Positions 63,612 through 64,000 of a stretch of 64,000 nucleotides of DNA are shown here, in pieces (within the stretch, counting starts at the first letter, position 1; the number at the start of each line of letters is the position of its first letter). The stretch comes from Candidatus Falkowbacteria bacterium GW2011_GWF2_43_32 (lineage in GTDB: Bacteria > Patescibacteriota > Patescibacteriia > Patescibacteriales > UBA12465), in contig LCGL01000001.1 of NCBI GenBank assembly GCA_000999715.1, forward strand, positions 195,139 to 259,138. The letters run 5' to 3'. Position numbers and translations under genes: made by a program. Below the pieces are notes generated by a model. That model saw nothing but the letters and a program-made list of their open reading frames with translations. It was not told the origin of the DNA and did not search any database.

Positions 63612-64000
63612 ATGTTAAAAACCTCCGACCAACTAACTGAAAAAAAACTCGCTTTACTCGGCTTAGGCTTGGATAACCGAGCGCTTTTGACATTGCTTGA
63701 TCAGACTAAAATCTTAACCGAGGTCACTATTTGCGATGCGCGACGCCGATCGGATTTGTCGCTAAATAAATTTAAAAATCTCACGATACGCTACCGGCTC
63801 GGTAAAAATTTCAATAAAGATTTGAATAAATTTGATATTCTCTCCCGCTCTCCCGGCTGGCCTCTGACTTGTCCCGGAGTTCGAGAAGCGCAACGATACG
63901 GCCGCACAAAAATTACCAGCCCCTTAAACATCTTTTTTGCGCTTTGTCCGACAAAAAATATCATCGGCGTCACCGGCGCGAAAGGCAAAGGCACTACCGC
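63612..64000 (+). CDS. murD: Mur ligase, probably UDP-MurNAc-L-Ala--D-Glu ligase; the 3' end runs off the right window edge
   Basis: Not in the track because it has no in-window stop. Hand translation gives MLKTSDQLTEKKLALLGLGLDNRALLTLL...NIIGVTGAKGKGTT, a Rossmann-like N-terminus followed by the Mur-ligase P-loop at about residue 120. Confidence 0.65.
   Translation, partial: MLKTSDQLTEKKLALLGLGLDNRALLTLLDQTKILTEVTICDARRRSDLSLNKFKNLTIRYRLGKNFNKDLNKFDILSRSPGWPLTCPGVREAQRYGRTKITSPLNIFFALCPTKNIIGVTGAKGKGTT

Noticed and set aside
1-64000. The possibility of an alternative genetic code with UGA recoding, as in some CPR lineages.
   Set aside because: TGA terminates genes at the expected lengths, for example porA at 19484..19486 and the GH57 gene at 47308..47310. 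Conserved proteins translate full-length under the standard code with no in-frame TGA.
1-64000. A search for CRISPR arrays, rRNA genes, transposases, integrases and prophage genes.
   Set aside because: No regularly spaced short repeats were found, and no rRNA-like sequence. None of the translated ORFs shows DDE, tyrosine- or serine-recombinase, or phage structural motifs that I could recognise.

Overview
This is a gene-dense 64-kb window, about 90% coding, with mostly long minus-strand operons. It looks like a small-genome bacterium of the Candidate Phyla Radiation / Patescibacteria type. That lineage call is an inference from gene content: PFOR plus ADP-forming acetyl-CoA synthetase, a CPR-type T4SS pilin, a giant Cys-rich secreted protein, and many small membrane proteins. 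The standard code applies, since TGA works as a stop. Core genes recognised from the translations are rsmA, leuS, xth, porGDAB, RNase H, recJ, lepA, murJ, acd, rpoC, rpoB, a MurE-like ligase, ftsK, glgA, a GH57 enzyme, ruvC, yebC, gpmA, a LysM/M23 peptidase, tRNA-Ala(UGC), ddl, polA and a partial murD. Four regions deserve a second look. (1) A visibly AT-rich accessory island of about 4.8 kb lies directly 3' of tRNA-Ala (about 54.9-59.7 kb). It is built from terminator-insulated modules separated by copies of the tRNA 3' end, a hairpin-rich element and a 49-bp direct repeat. Its cargo is a MerR-HTH::GHKL-ATPase plus STAS-like pair, a histidine phosphatase plus orphan PEP-swivel-domain pair, and a class II Fic protein. 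No integrase is present in the window. (2) A 2678-aa Cys-rich secreted giant protein sits behind a TSP3-repeat membrane anchor. It carries three CBM4_9-like modules, a PKD-like end and at least nine C-x5-G-C motifs. (3) A VirB2/TrbC-type pilin with a 12-Cys tail is inserted between porA and porB, in an operon that opens with a DsbA-like oxidoreductase. (4) A TrbL/VirB6-like membrane protein runs off the left edge and is absent from the supplied ORF track. No rRNA, CRISPR array, transposase or integrase was recognised. All family assignments come from motif reading by eye, not from database searches.
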